This document shows, one piece after another, positions 28,199 to 37,763 of a stretch of DNA of 64,000 nt. The stretch is from Alphaproteobacteria bacterium (GTDB lineage Bacteria; Pseudomonadota; Alphaproteobacteria; Rs-D84). The position numbers and the translations under genes are program-made. The notes under the pieces are model-generated. The model was given only the letters and a program-made list of their open reading frames with translations. It was not told the DNA's origin and ran no database searches. Where the stretch lies: positions 107 through 64,106 of the forward strand of contig JAFURB010000008.1 of NCBI GenBank assembly GCA_017472065.1, in the 5' to 3' direction. Numbering within the stretch: position 1 is the stretch's first letter; each line of letters begins with the position of its first letter.

Positions 28199-29077
28199 AT
28201 GACAACTTATATTTTCATTATGTTGGCGGTTATTATTGTGTTACTGGTTGCGGTATTGATGCGTAAACCCGTTGTGGATATATCGGCCCTGCGCGAAGAT
28301 AATGCAAGATTACGCGAACGGTTGGCAGAACGTCTGGGGGCATTATCACAGAACGCAATCGAACTGAAAAACATCAGTGGCGATATCGCAAATTTCAAAA
28401 ATATTTTAATGGGCAATAAACAGGCACGCGGAACATTTGGCGAACGACAACTGGAAGATTTGGTCGCAGATATTATGCCACCAGAAACATATGCATTTCA
28501 AAGTGTCATGGAAACAGGTGTACGACCAGACTGTATAATCCGCCTGCCATACCCACCGGGGGACATGATTATCGACAGCAAATTCCCACTGGAAAGTTAT
28601 AATCGCATGATGACAAATCACAACGATATGATGGCACGCAAACAGTTTGAATTAGATGTACGCAAACACATTGATGATATCGGCGCAAAATATATTATTC
28701 CGGGCCGCACGGCGGAATCAGCCATGATGTTTATTGCATCAGAATCTATATTTGAAACACTGCATCGCGAATTTCCAGACACAATCGAATATGCAGGTCG
28801 CAAAAAAGTCTTTATCGTTTCGCCATCAACATTGTGGGCAACATTGAACACAATTCGTGCGGTACTGTCAGACATCAAAATCAAACGCGTTGCAGCCAAG
28901 ATAAAAAAAGAACTGGAAATGTTGTTAACAGACCTGGGGCGGTTGGGTGACCGCGCAGCCAAGGTGAACCAGCATTTTGCCATGGCACAAACAGACATTG
29001 AACAATTGCAAACATCAATTGGAAAAATTACACCACGCGCAGAAAAATTGCGCGCCATGGATTTCGGCGAAGAATAA
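28199..29077 (+). CDS. rmuC: DNA recombination protein RmuC
   Basis: Trimmed to MTTYIFIML (RBS AAGGAAAGGA). N-terminal TM and coiled coil, then RGTFGERQLEDLV...RPDCIIRLPYPPGDMIIDSKFPLESY. Confidence 0.88.
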   Translation: MTTYIFIMLAVIIVLLVAVLMRKPVVDISALREDNARLRERLAERLGALSQNAIELKNISGDIANFKNILMGNKQARGTFGERQLEDLVADIMPPETYAFQSVMETGVRPDCIIRLPYPPGDMIIDSKFPLESYNRMMTNHNDMMARKQFELDVRKHIDDIGAKYIIPGRTAESAMMFIASESIFETLHREFPDTIEYAGRKKVFIVSPSTLWATLNTIRAVLSDIKIKRVAAKIKKELEMLLTDLGRLGDRAAKVNQHFAMAQTDIEQLQTSIGKITPRAEKLRAMDFGEE

Positions 29078-29093
29078 AAAAATAATCTTAAAA

Positions 29094-29117
29094 AAAATCC
29101 CCCAAACGGGGGATTTT
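29094..29117. terminator. bidirectional terminator
   Basis: AAAATCCCCC-AAAC-GGGGGATTTT between rmuC and ppdK. It has the same core as the terminator at 33353. Confidence 0.75.
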
Positions 29118-29121
29118 ATTT

Positions 29122-31782
29122 TTAGTTCTTTTTTGGGAACCGAACGGCGGCTTGGGCCGCGGCCAGACGTGCGATTGGCACGCGGAACGGTGAACAAGAC
29201 ACCGAATTAAATCCACACTGGTGGAAAAATGCGATGGATTCTGGATCACCACCGTGTTCACCACATACACCCAAGTGGATATTTTGGCCCTTGGTCGCGC
29301 GCGCTTTGTTAACCGCGTCTTTAATCAACAGACCAACACCCAACTGATCAACAGATGCAAATGGATCCGCAACATATACACCACGGGCGCGATATTCATC
29401 CAAAATCTTGGCTGTATCGTCACGGCTCATACCCAATGTTGTCTGGGTTAAATCGTTTGTCCCAAATTCAAAGAATTCACAAGATTCTGCGATTTCATTT
29501 GCCAGAACGGCTGCGCGTGGCAATTCAATCATAGAACCGACCGTGTATTCAACAGATTCGCCTGTTTCTGCAAACAATGATTGGGCGGTTGCGTCGATAA
29601 CTGCTTTGACAATATCAACTTCTTTTTTCGAACCAACCAATGGAACCTCGATTTCTGGGAATACGCGGATGCCTGCCTTTTTAACTTCCAATGCGGCGGA
29701 CAGAATCGCGCGTGTCTGCATTTCGCAGATTTCTGGGTATGTAATCGCCAAGCGGCAACCACGATGACCCAACATTGGATTTTGTTCATGCAATGTTTCC
29801 GCACGCGCTTTGATGAATTCAACAGATTTGCCAATATGTGCCGCTAATTCTTCGATTTCGGCATCTGTATGTGGCAAGAATTCATGTAGCGGTGGGTCAA
29901 TCAAACGGATTGTAACCGGCAGACCATCCATAATCTTGAACAATTCTACAAAGTCTGATTTCTGGTATGGCAACAGTTTTGCCAATGCCGCACGGCGACC
30001 GGCTTCGTCTTCGGCCAGAATCATCTCTCTCATATCCTGGATACGTGATGGGTCAAAGAACATATGTTCCGTACGCGCCAAACCGATACCTTCGGCACCA
30101 AAGTCGCGCGCCTGTTTGGCATCTTTTGGTGTTTCTGCGTTTGCCTTGACCGTTAATGTCTTAATCTGGTCAACCCATTGCATCAATGTACCAAAGTTAC
30201 CCGTTAATTCCACAGATACAGTTGGGATTTTGCCTTCGATAATCTGGCCCTTGGCACCGTCGATTGAAATCCAGTCACCTTCGTTAATAACAACACCAGA
30301 TGTCGTTTTCAATGTTTTGGATTCATAATCGATTTTGATGTCTGGTGAACCCGATACACATGGTGTACCCATACCACGTGCAACCACCGCGGCGTGTGAT
30401 GTCATACCACCACGTGCAGTGATAACACCCTGGGCTGCGTTCATACCGGCAATATCTTCGGGTGATGTTTCGATACGAATTAACATTACCTTTTTACCTT
30501 CGGATGCCCAACGTTCTGCGTCTTCGGCATTAAATACTGCCTGACCAACGGCCGCACCTGGGGACGCCGGCAGACCGGTTGCAATAACTTTCTTTTCCGC
30601 TTTTGGGTCCAACATTGGATGCAGCAAGTGGTCTAATTGATCCGCACCAACGCGCAGGATTGCTTCTTCTTTGGTCAGCAGGCCTTCTTCGACCATTTCA
30701 ACCGCCATACGGACAGCCGCCGCCGCCGTACGTTTACCATTACGGCACTGTAACATCCACAATTTTCCATGTTCGATTGTGAATTCCATGTCCTGCATAT
30801 CTTTGTAATGCCGTTCCAGTTTTTCACGAACATCACACAGTTCGGCATATACCGATGGCATTGCTTCTTCCAGAGACAGACGGCCAGAATCATCCTTGCT
30901 CATTGGCTGTGGTGTGCGAATCCCCGCCACAACGTCTTCGCCCTGGGCATTAATCAGGTATTCACCATAGTATTTATTTTCACCAGTTGCTGGGTCACGG
31001 CTGAAACATACGCCGGTGGCAGAATCATCGCCGGAATTACCAAATACCATCGCCTGAACATTAACGGCGGTACCCCAATCAGCCGGGATATTATTCAATT
31101 TACGATATGTGATGGCCTTTTTGCTCATCCAAGAACCGAATACGGCACCGATACCCATTTCTAACTGTTTCCATGGATCCTGGGGGAATACTTTGCCAAT
31201 TTTAACACCGATTTCTTTGAACTTTTCAACCAAGTCTTTCAAATCGTCGGCCGTCAATTCTGTATCCAGTTTGTAACCCTTGTCTTCCTTCATACGTTCC
31301 AAGGTATGTTCAAACAAATCGATATCTGCACCCATAACAACTTCGCTGAACATCATGATAAAGCGACGATATGAATCATATGCAAAACGTTCGTTACCGG
31401 AAATTTTTGCCAATGCCTTGACCGTGTCATCGTTCAAGCCCAAATTCAATACGGTGTCCATCATACCTGGCATAGATACGCGTGCGCCCGAACGCACAGA
31501 TACCAACAATGGGTTTTCCAAGTCTGCGAATTTTTTACCCATAATGGATTCAACATGCGCGATACCGGCACGCACCTGGTCCATTAAATCGACGGGATAT
31601 GTTTGCCCATTTTCATAGTAATATTTACATACATCGGTTGTCACCGTAAAGCCCGCCGGCACCGGCAATCCAACCAAGTTCATTTCAGCCAAGTTTGCAC
31701 CCTTGCCACCCAGCAGATTTTTCATATCTGCCTGACCTTCGGCCTGGCCATTACCAAAGGTATATACCCATTTATTGCTCAT
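29122..31782 (-). CDS. ppdK: pyruvate, phosphate dikinase
   Basis: 886 aa. GGKGANLAEM, phospho-His motif GGMTSHAAVVARG, and a C-terminal PEP-utilising TIM domain (FFEFGTNDLTQ). Confidence 0.96.
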   Translation of the reverse strand: MSNKWVYTFGNGQAEGQADMKNLLGGKGANLAEMNLVGLPVPAGFTVTTDVCKYYYENGQTYPVDLMDQVRAGIAHVESIMGKKFADLENPLLVSVRSGARVSMPGMMDTVLNLGLNDDTVKALAKISGNERFAYDSYRRFIMMFSEVVMGADIDLFEHTLERMKEDKGYKLDTELTADDLKDLVEKFKEIGVKIGKVFPQDPWKQLEMGIGAVFGSWMSKKAITYRKLNNIPADWGTAVNVQAMVFGNSGDDSATGVCFSRDPATGENKYYGEYLINAQGEDVVAGIRTPQPMSKDDSGRLSLEEAMPSVYAELCDVREKLERHYKDMQDMEFTIEHGKLWMLQCRNGKRTAAAAVRMAVEMVEEGLLTKEEAILRVGADQLDHLLHPMLDPKAEKKVIATGLPASPGAAVGQAVFNAEDAERWASEGKKVMLIRIETSPEDIAGMNAAQGVITARGGMTSHAAVVARGMGTPCVSGSPDIKIDYESKTLKTTSGVVINEGDWISIDGAKGQIIEGKIPTVSVELTGNFGTLMQWVDQIKTLTVKANAETPKDAKQARDFGAEGIGLARTEHMFFDPSRIQDMREMILAEDEAGRRAALAKLLPYQKSDFVELFKIMDGLPVTIRLIDPPLHEFLPHTDAEIEELAAHIGKSVEFIKARAETLHEQNPMLGHRGCRLAITYPEICEMQTRAILSAALEVKKAGIRVFPEIEVPLVGSKKEVDIVKAVIDATAQSLFAETGESVEYTVGSMIELPRAAVLANEIAESCEFFEFGTNDLTQTTLGMSRDDTAKILDEYRARGVYVADPFASVDQLGVGLLIKDAVNKARATKGQNIHLGVCGEHGGDPESIAFFHQCGFNSVSCSPFRVPIARLAAAQAAVRFPKKN

Positions 31783-31878
31783 GGTTTCTCCTTAAGTGTC
31801 ATTAGATTAAAATGCCCCACGATTGTGGGGCAAGATAAGCCGAATTGCAAGAAAAAAATCGGCACAAAAACCGATTTT

Positions 31879-32334
31879 TTATTTTTGATGCATCTTTAAT
31901 TCCGCCAATAATTTTGGCCAACACTTATTTTCAAACCAGTCGCGCCCCTTTAAGGTTTTGCCCAGGCATTGGATTGATGACATTGGACACATATGCGTAG
32001 CAAATTCAGTTCTAGCAAATTCAGATTGATGTCGTTTGAATAACGCTTCGGGCGCGGCGCCACAATCGTGCGCGTATTCCGCCAAACGGCCATAGAAATC
32101 AGATGGACATGCCGATTCCTGGGATACAGTTATCATATCATCCTGGACATATGGGCCATGGTTCGCCAACATTTCCCAACATGCCGCACGATTGCGACAA
32201 ATATCACCACGACATGGAATATTCGCACAATATTTTACAAAGAAATTTGTTTCCTTGAATTCAGGCGACATATAAAAATACTGACGCGGGCAATATGTCT
32301 GCTTAATCGTTGGCGCAATATCAAGATAGGTCAT
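31879..32334 (-). CDS. hypothetical Cys-rich protein (151 aa, no signal peptide)
   Basis: 12 Cys. No family recognised. Hairpins lie between it and ppdK at 31812-31832 and 31854-31880. Confidence 0.5.
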   Translation of the reverse strand: MTYLDIAPTIKQTYCPRQYFYMSPEFKETNFFVKYCANIPCRGDICRNRAACWEMLANHGPYVQDDMITVSQESACPSDFYGRLAEYAHDCGAAPEALFKRHQSEFARTEFATHMCPMSSIQCLGKTLKGRDWFENKCWPKLLAELKMHQK

Positions 32335-32396
32335 AATAAATCCATTTTGCTGTATTAAATTTATTATATGCCAGTGTTTCGCATTGTCAAGTTACA

Positions 32397-33320
32397 TTAC
32401 ATCATACACGCACAACAAATCGAATACAATTTTGATACATCTGAATCAGACCGGGAATTTAGCACAATCGGCGCACGCGCCCCCAGAACCAGTCCACCAA
32501 AAATCCAATCACCAAATTGAACCATCGCCTTGATTGTATTATTGCCGGCCTCTATATTATGAAACAGCAATATGTCCGCATTGCCCGTAATGGGGCCAGT
32601 AATACCCTTTTTATCCGCCGCGCGACGCGACACCGCAATATCAAATGCAATTGGGCCAGATATGATACAGTTTTTTATTTCGCCACGCGCGTTCATTTCT
32701 TGCAGGGCCGCCGCATCAACGGTGGCGGGCATCTTTGGATTTAATGTCTCAACCGCGCACAGGGGTGCAACACGTGGTATATCCACCCCCATGTGGCGTG
32801 CAAAATTTACCGCATTGTTTATTAGGCCCACCTTGGTTTCTAAATCTGGGTACATAACCATTGCGATATCGGTCAAAAACAATGTGCGGTCATAGGTGGG
32901 CGAATACATTATTGCAACATGTGATAAAATGCCGTCACCACGAATACCTGATTCACGGTTCAATACAGCCCGCAAAATATCCGCCGTATGAACCAGCCCC
33001 TTCATCAAGATGTCGGCACGACCATCGCGCACCAAGCCAACCGCACACATCGCCGCCGAAACATCATCGGCACAATGAACAATTTCAAATCCGGATATAT
33101 CCAGGTCGCTTGCCATCGCCATGGATTTTATTTTGTTTTCATCGCCACATAAAATTGCGTTTGCAAACCCCATATCGCGCGCACGACATACCGCGCGCAG
33201 TGCATCAATATCATCCGCCGCCGCCAATGCAATCGTACGCAGTTTTGCCGGGCGCATCGCCATTAATTTTTCAACAAAATCCTGATTCATGTTTTCTTTT
33301 TCCCTTTTGGGGTACAGCAT
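32397..33320 (-). CDS. phosphate acetyl/butyryl-transferase family protein
   Basis: 307 aa. PTA_PTB-like sequence (IALAAADDIDALRAV..., ADILMKG, GNADILLFHNIEAGN). An alternative start lies at 33290 (MNQDF, RBS AAGGGA). Confidence 0.8.
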   Translation of the reverse strand: MLYPKREKENMNQDFVEKLMAMRPAKLRTIALAAADDIDALRAVCRARDMGFANAILCGDENKIKSMAMASDLDISGFEIVHCADDVSAAMCAVGLVRDGRADILMKGLVHTADILRAVLNRESGIRGDGILSHVAIMYSPTYDRTLFLTDIAMVMYPDLETKVGLINNAVNFARHMGVDIPRVAPLCAVETLNPKMPATVDAAALQEMNARGEIKNCIISGPIAFDIAVSRRAADKKGITGPITGNADILLFHNIEAGNNTIKAMVQFGDWIFGGLVLGARAPIVLNSRSDSDVSKLYSICCACMM

Positions 33321-33352
33321 AGGATATTTTTATTACATTTCGCAATTAAAAA

Positions 33353-33370
33353 ATCCCCCAAACGGGGGAT
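33353..33370. terminator. bidirectional terminator
   Basis: ATCCCCC-AAAC-GGGGGAT with flanking A and T tracts. Confidence 0.7.
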
Positions 33371-33374
33371 ATTT

Positions 33375-35603
33375 TTAACTACCTTGTTGGACTTGGTCGC
33401 ATTTCAATGTGTCTTCATTGAATACATAACCTGTATTGCATACGCAGGCACCATTGACATTGGTTGCGTTCGTTTGACATGTACATGCCGTTCCACCCCA
33501 TGTACCACCCGTGGTTACGCACAGGTATGCTTTGGATTCTGTGGCCGCGGCACTGTTAATCATGTTCTGAATCCATGTTTTCATGCCAGACAAAGTGGTA
33601 CCGGCACTGGCATCGCCATTAACGGACATGCACGTCATTATTTCTGCACGGCATGCATTAACCGCAACATTATTCGCAGTTCCAGATGTTTTTGTGTCAT
33701 CATAACCGTTCTGGGTTATACATGATGACACCTCGGCAATACAGCTTTCTGCGTGATCCGCAATTATTTCATCCTGGGCCGCCTTGATCTGAATCATCGT
33801 ACGACGCAGATACTCTTTGACAACTTCGTTGGCTGGATTATATTCACCGTCATCATCGTATGTGTAATCTTGACACTTGTTCAAGACAGACATGCACATA
33901 CCATGGTTTTTACCATCCAGGTTGTAGCCAATCTTATTTGCCAAATATTTTGACATTACCATATCTGTTGTTATTGGCATTTCATCCGTAATAGTCGCAT
34001 CAATATAACTATTTAGGGTATAATCTGCTGTACACCATGCATTTTTACTATCAGCGTTCCATGTGGCATACAAGCCTGTTGTTGGACAAAATGCGGGACC
34101 TGTTGCATTTGCCCCCTCAGATATCGCCTGGCCTGGCATAGAACCGATTACAACCTCGCCATTTACAATATATTTGCCCGATGGATCCAGACAGTTTTCA
34201 TAGTCTGTTCCACATACAAAGTCATCCTGCATACATGAATCCAATGCGTTTACACAACCACGCAGGTCATATGAATTCTTTTGCTGGGCAACCATTAAAC
34301 GCGCACGTTGTAATACAGATTGTGCATTGCGTACCGTCGATTTCATTTGATCGTTGGCATCGGTCAATGCGCGTTCGTATGCAACACACTGTTTATCGAT
34401 TTCCAAATCATATGAATTTGTAATAACAGCAATGTCAACACCCTGGGCCTGGCAATCTGTTAAAACCGCAACCTTGCAACGCGATGCCGCAGTCTTGTAC
34501 AATTCTTCGCCGCGCTGATTAGAAATGCTGGATGTGTTGGCCGTTGATGTCCCAAACAAACTGGATAAATCAAAACCAGTGCTGGCAATATTAAAGTCCA
34601 ACAAACCAGATAAATCCATGCTGATACCAGATGACATTTCACTGGATGATGCAGTACCAGATTTAACATCGACAATCATGTTTTTAATCTTGTCCAAATC
34701 ATTTTTGATTTGTGAACTGTCACTGGAACCCTGCATTGTGATTTCAGCCTCGGTCTGGGCGAACAAGGTTTCGATTTCATCACCGGTCAAACCGATATAC
34801 TGAATCTTTTGGGCAACATCTTGTAAACTTTCGGTTGCTTCTTTCAACGCCTCTTCGGTTTTGGCATAGTTTTTAACATTTTTCGAACAAGAACAACGTC
34901 CCTGGTTATCATCCAGAACATTACAGAAGTTATCCATACATTCTGTATATTGTGCCTTGCAGAAATCTGTGATTTGCGCCAATTCATCCATTGATTTGGT
35001 CATTTCTTCGGCACTGACCGTGGCGGTTGTTGTTGCAGTTGTCGAATTTGCAACACGGACAGCCGGCGCACGACTGGCAACGGATGCAGTACTGGCCCCG
35101 ACGGTACGAACACCAACACGACCGGTGTACAATGGTGTATTAACCGTGTCTGTTTGAACAATAGATGCACGGGCGGTTGTTGCCGGACTGGCCGAACGGG
35201 CCGTACGACGCGATGAAACATTTTGTGTATTTGTTGCACGCGTTGATGCCGCACGTGATGCCGTACCACGTGTCATCGCATTGCGTGTTTGGGAAATATT
35301 AGCCGCCGCACGTGACGCAACCGCACGCGATGGCGCCGTTGCAGATGCACGCGTTGTCGTTTTCACAGCCGGCACAGAACGTGTCGCACGCGATGATGAA
35401 CGTGTTGATTTGCGAACAACTGTATTTGGGGCCGCAACAGAATTTTCGTTTTCTTCCATACCAATTTCGTCATCAACGACAACATCGTCGTCAAACATTT
35501 CGGCATCCGAATATTCAATAACATCTTCGTAGAAAACGGGTGCAACCTCAGCAAATGCGGGCATTACCAGCAGTCCACTTAATACAGCAATAAATCTTTT
35601 CAT
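33375..35603 (-). CDS. secreted cysteine-rich protein, paralog A (742 aa)
   Basis: Signal peptide MKRFIAVLSGLLVMPAFA. Acidic stretch, then a basic R/S/T/A low-complexity tract (aa ~64-185). A Cys-rich region starts at FCKAQYTECMDNFCNVLDDNQGRCSCS. The C-terminus has an EGF-like pattern. Paralogous to 37764..39956. Confidence 0.8.
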   Translation of the reverse strand: MKRFIAVLSGLLVMPAFAEVAPVFYEDVIEYSDAEMFDDDVVVDDEIGMEENENSVAAPNTVVRKSTRSSSRATRSVPAVKTTTRASATAPSRAVASRAAANISQTRNAMTRGTASRAASTRATNTQNVSSRRTARSASPATTARASIVQTDTVNTPLYTGRVGVRTVGASTASVASRAPAVRVANSTTATTTATVSAEEMTKSMDELAQITDFCKAQYTECMDNFCNVLDDNQGRCSCSKNVKNYAKTEEALKEATESLQDVAQKIQYIGLTGDEIETLFAQTEAEITMQGSSDSSQIKNDLDKIKNMIVDVKSGTASSSEMSSGISMDLSGLLDFNIASTGFDLSSLFGTSTANTSSISNQRGEELYKTAASRCKVAVLTDCQAQGVDIAVITNSYDLEIDKQCVAYERALTDANDQMKSTVRNAQSVLQRARLMVAQQKNSYDLRGCVNALDSCMQDDFVCGTDYENCLDPSGKYIVNGEVVIGSMPGQAISEGANATGPAFCPTTGLYATWNADSKNAWCTADYTLNSYIDATITDEMPITTDMVMSKYLANKIGYNLDGKNHGMCMSVLNKCQDYTYDDDGEYNPANEVVKEYLRRTMIQIKAAQDEIIADHAESCIAEVSSCITQNGYDDTKTSGTANNVAVNACRAEIMTCMSVNGDASAGTTLSGMKTWIQNMINSAAATESKAYLCVTTGGTWGGTACTCQTNATNVNGACVCNTGYVFNEDTLKCDQVQQGS

Positions 35604-35719
35604 GGCTTTTTCTTCCCTTCTCTTAGGGATATTTTATCACATAGTCACAATTCAAACAAGCGAAAAATAGACAAAAATTTTTAATTTCTGAACAAATTCC
35701 TAATTCATTAAAAAATATA

Positions 35720-37375
35720 ATGAATTTGACTTGTAAAATTATTTTTATTTGTATTATACTGTATCGCTATAAGGATATAAAAGAATTGGCAATAATAAAA
35801 AAAGTTTCTTGGTGTATTTTGTGCCTGCCGCTAATAGGATGCACGACCGTGCCAACATCGACAAATGATAAGCGTCTGGACGGATACAGCGCCAAGGTAA
35901 CGCGCAATGATTTCAAATACGACCCATACAAGACACCGATTGCACAATGTTATGCAACCGAATTGGCGGCGGGTGACGATATTTCGGGCGCAACATTAAT
36001 CGAAGATGGACTGTCCGCGTTTGTTATACGATCTGCATTTGCACGCATGGCAACAAAAACCATTGATTTGCAGACATATATTTACAGTAATGATTTTTCA
36101 TCCAAGGTTTTAATTGGCGAATTGAAAAATGCGGCCGATCGCGGTGTCAAGGTTCGAATACTGCTGGACGATTATGGAACAAAATCTGACATAGTGGATG
36201 TAATGTTATTGAACCAGCACCCTAATATAGAGGTCAAGGTTTTCAATACCGTTAAAACGCGCAGCAAACTGTTGTATTACCCCCAGTTTTTAATGGACTT
36301 TAACCGCTTGAATTCGCGTATGCACAATAAACTGTTCATTGTGGACAATGTCGCGTATATCACAGGTGGCCGCAATGTAGGCAGTAATTATTTCTATCCA
36401 GAAACCGCATCTAACTTTTCAGATACCGATGTTTTGTTTATTGGCGAAATGACCAAGCATGCAACAAAAAGTTTTGATGAATACTGGAATCATCATCTGT
36501 CTATTCCGGCATCTGCATTTCCACGCGCTAAAACAAATCGCGGGTTAAAGAAACTGGAACGTGAATTTGCAAAAATTACAGAAAAAAGTGCCGGCGAGGT
36601 TGACAGATACAACAGCATTATCGCAATGGCACAACGCGAATATCAAACAAAAAACTTTGATTTTAGTTGGGGACGCGGTAAATTCTTGGCCGACCCACCG
36701 TCCAAGGTCGAAATGACAATGGACGAAAAAGAAGCATATCGTGGCGACATTGTTAAGGCACTGCAACATCTGTGGGACAAGACCGACAATTCAGTATATA
36801 TGTCGGCGGCATATTTTGTACCGGGACAAGGTGGCCTGGAACACATGTTGCACGAAGAAAAATCTGGCGTACACATGACAATTGTGACAAATTCACTGGC
36901 ATCGACAAATGCGCCAACCGTTTATGCAAAATGGGAAAAGTATCGCAAGCAATTGATTGAATCCGGCGCAGATGTGTATGAGTTTATGGTGTCGGCTGAA
37001 AATCTGCGGGGCAAAGAACACGATCGCGAAAGAAAACAATCCAGTTTTTCTGTTCTGCACAGCAAAACCATGGTGTTTGATGACAACATTTCATGGATAG
37101 GCAGTTTTAACCTGGACCCACGCAGCGCATATTACAATACTGAAAATGTGGCGATTTTTGAAAGCCAGGATTTTGCCACTAAACTGCGCGCAATGATTAT
37201 GAAAGACACCCAGACATCATGGCGCGTCACACTGGACGAAGACGGCGATCCAATTTGGACCGGCAGTCGCCCAGGCGATAAAAAACCACGCGTTCACAAA
37301 CACGCACCAGACACATCAATATTCCGCCGCGTGTGGAAATCAATTTGCAGTCTGGTTCCAGAAAAGTTTGTATAA
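35720..37375 (+). CDS. pld: phospholipase D-family protein (two HKD motifs), probable lipoprotein
   Basis: HNKLFIVDNVAYITGGRNVGSNYF and HSKTMVFDDNISWIGSFNLDPRS are two HxKxxxxD motifs. Lipobox LPLIGC. The likely true start is the in-frame TTG at 35786, with AAGGA 10 nt upstream. Confidence 0.88.
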   Translation: MNLTCKIIFICIILYRYKDIKELAIIKKVSWCILCLPLIGCTTVPTSTNDKRLDGYSAKVTRNDFKYDPYKTPIAQCYATELAAGDDISGATLIEDGLSAFVIRSAFARMATKTIDLQTYIYSNDFSSKVLIGELKNAADRGVKVRILLDDYGTKSDIVDVMLLNQHPNIEVKVFNTVKTRSKLLYYPQFLMDFNRLNSRMHNKLFIVDNVAYITGGRNVGSNYFYPETASNFSDTDVLFIGEMTKHATKSFDEYWNHHLSIPASAFPRAKTNRGLKKLEREFAKITEKSAGEVDRYNSIIAMAQREYQTKNFDFSWGRGKFLADPPSKVEMTMDEKEAYRGDIVKALQHLWDKTDNSVYMSAAYFVPGQGGLEHMLHEEKSGVHMTIVTNSLASTNAPTVYAKWEKYRKQLIESGADVYEFMVSAENLRGKEHDRERKQSSFSVLHSKTMVFDDNISWIGSFNLDPRSAYYNTENVAIFESQDFATKLRAMIMKDTQTSWRVTLDEDGDPIWTGSRPGDKKPRVHKHAPDTSIFRRVWKSICSLVPEKFV

Positions 37376-37401
37376 AAATCCCGCCATCTGGCGGGATTTT
37401 T
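37374..37401 (+). terminator. intrinsic terminator after pld
   Basis: AAAAATCCCGCC-ATCT-GGCGGGATTTTT. Confidence 0.75.
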
Positions 37402-37402
37402 T

Positions 37403-37433
37403 CAAAGTTCAAAGTGCAAAGTTCAAAGTGCAA
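37403..37433. repeat. tandem (CAAAGTTCAAAGTG)x2 repeat
   Basis: caaagttcaaagtgcaaagttcaaagtgcaa. Same CAAAGTK unit family as the palindrome at 1564-1633. Confidence 0.8.
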
Positions 37434-37514
37434 TTGTAGATTCTATTAATTAATACTTCGCTAAATAAAAGTTTAGTGGGGTAAGTCCTAGCAAAAATTT
37501 GCAAAAATTTTGTC

Positions 37515-37721
37515 ATTACCGCGCAGGCGGTAATAGGGCTTTTCAAATCGCGCACACAGTGTGCCAAATAAATGTGTGTAATTTTTATAGACCCTATCCC
37601 CGCCTACGCGGGGATGACAATTTTCTTGTCAGAAAATTGTAAAAAAATACTCCGCCAAACTTTTATTTATCGCGGTATTCATGTCTCACTTGTCCCACGA
37701 AGCATTCCGCGAAGCGGGATG
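37515..37721. repeat. three related REP-like GC-rich hairpins in an AT-rich spacer
   Basis: ATTACCGC-GCAG-GCGGTAAT (37515-37534), ATCCCCGC-CTAC-GCGGGGAT (37596-37615) and CATTCCGC-GAA-GCGGGATG (37703-37721). The second gives the PAYAGMT peptide in spurious ORF 37572..37925. Confidence 0.7.
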
Positions 37722-37735
37722 TTTCATATCTCATT

Positions 37736-37763
37736 AAAAATCCCGCCAGGTGGCGGGATTTTT
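37736..37763 (-). terminator. intrinsic terminator after Cys-rich paralog B
   Basis: AAAAATCCCGCC-AGGT-GGCGGGATTTTT. Nearly identical to the terminator at 37374. Confidence 0.75.
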
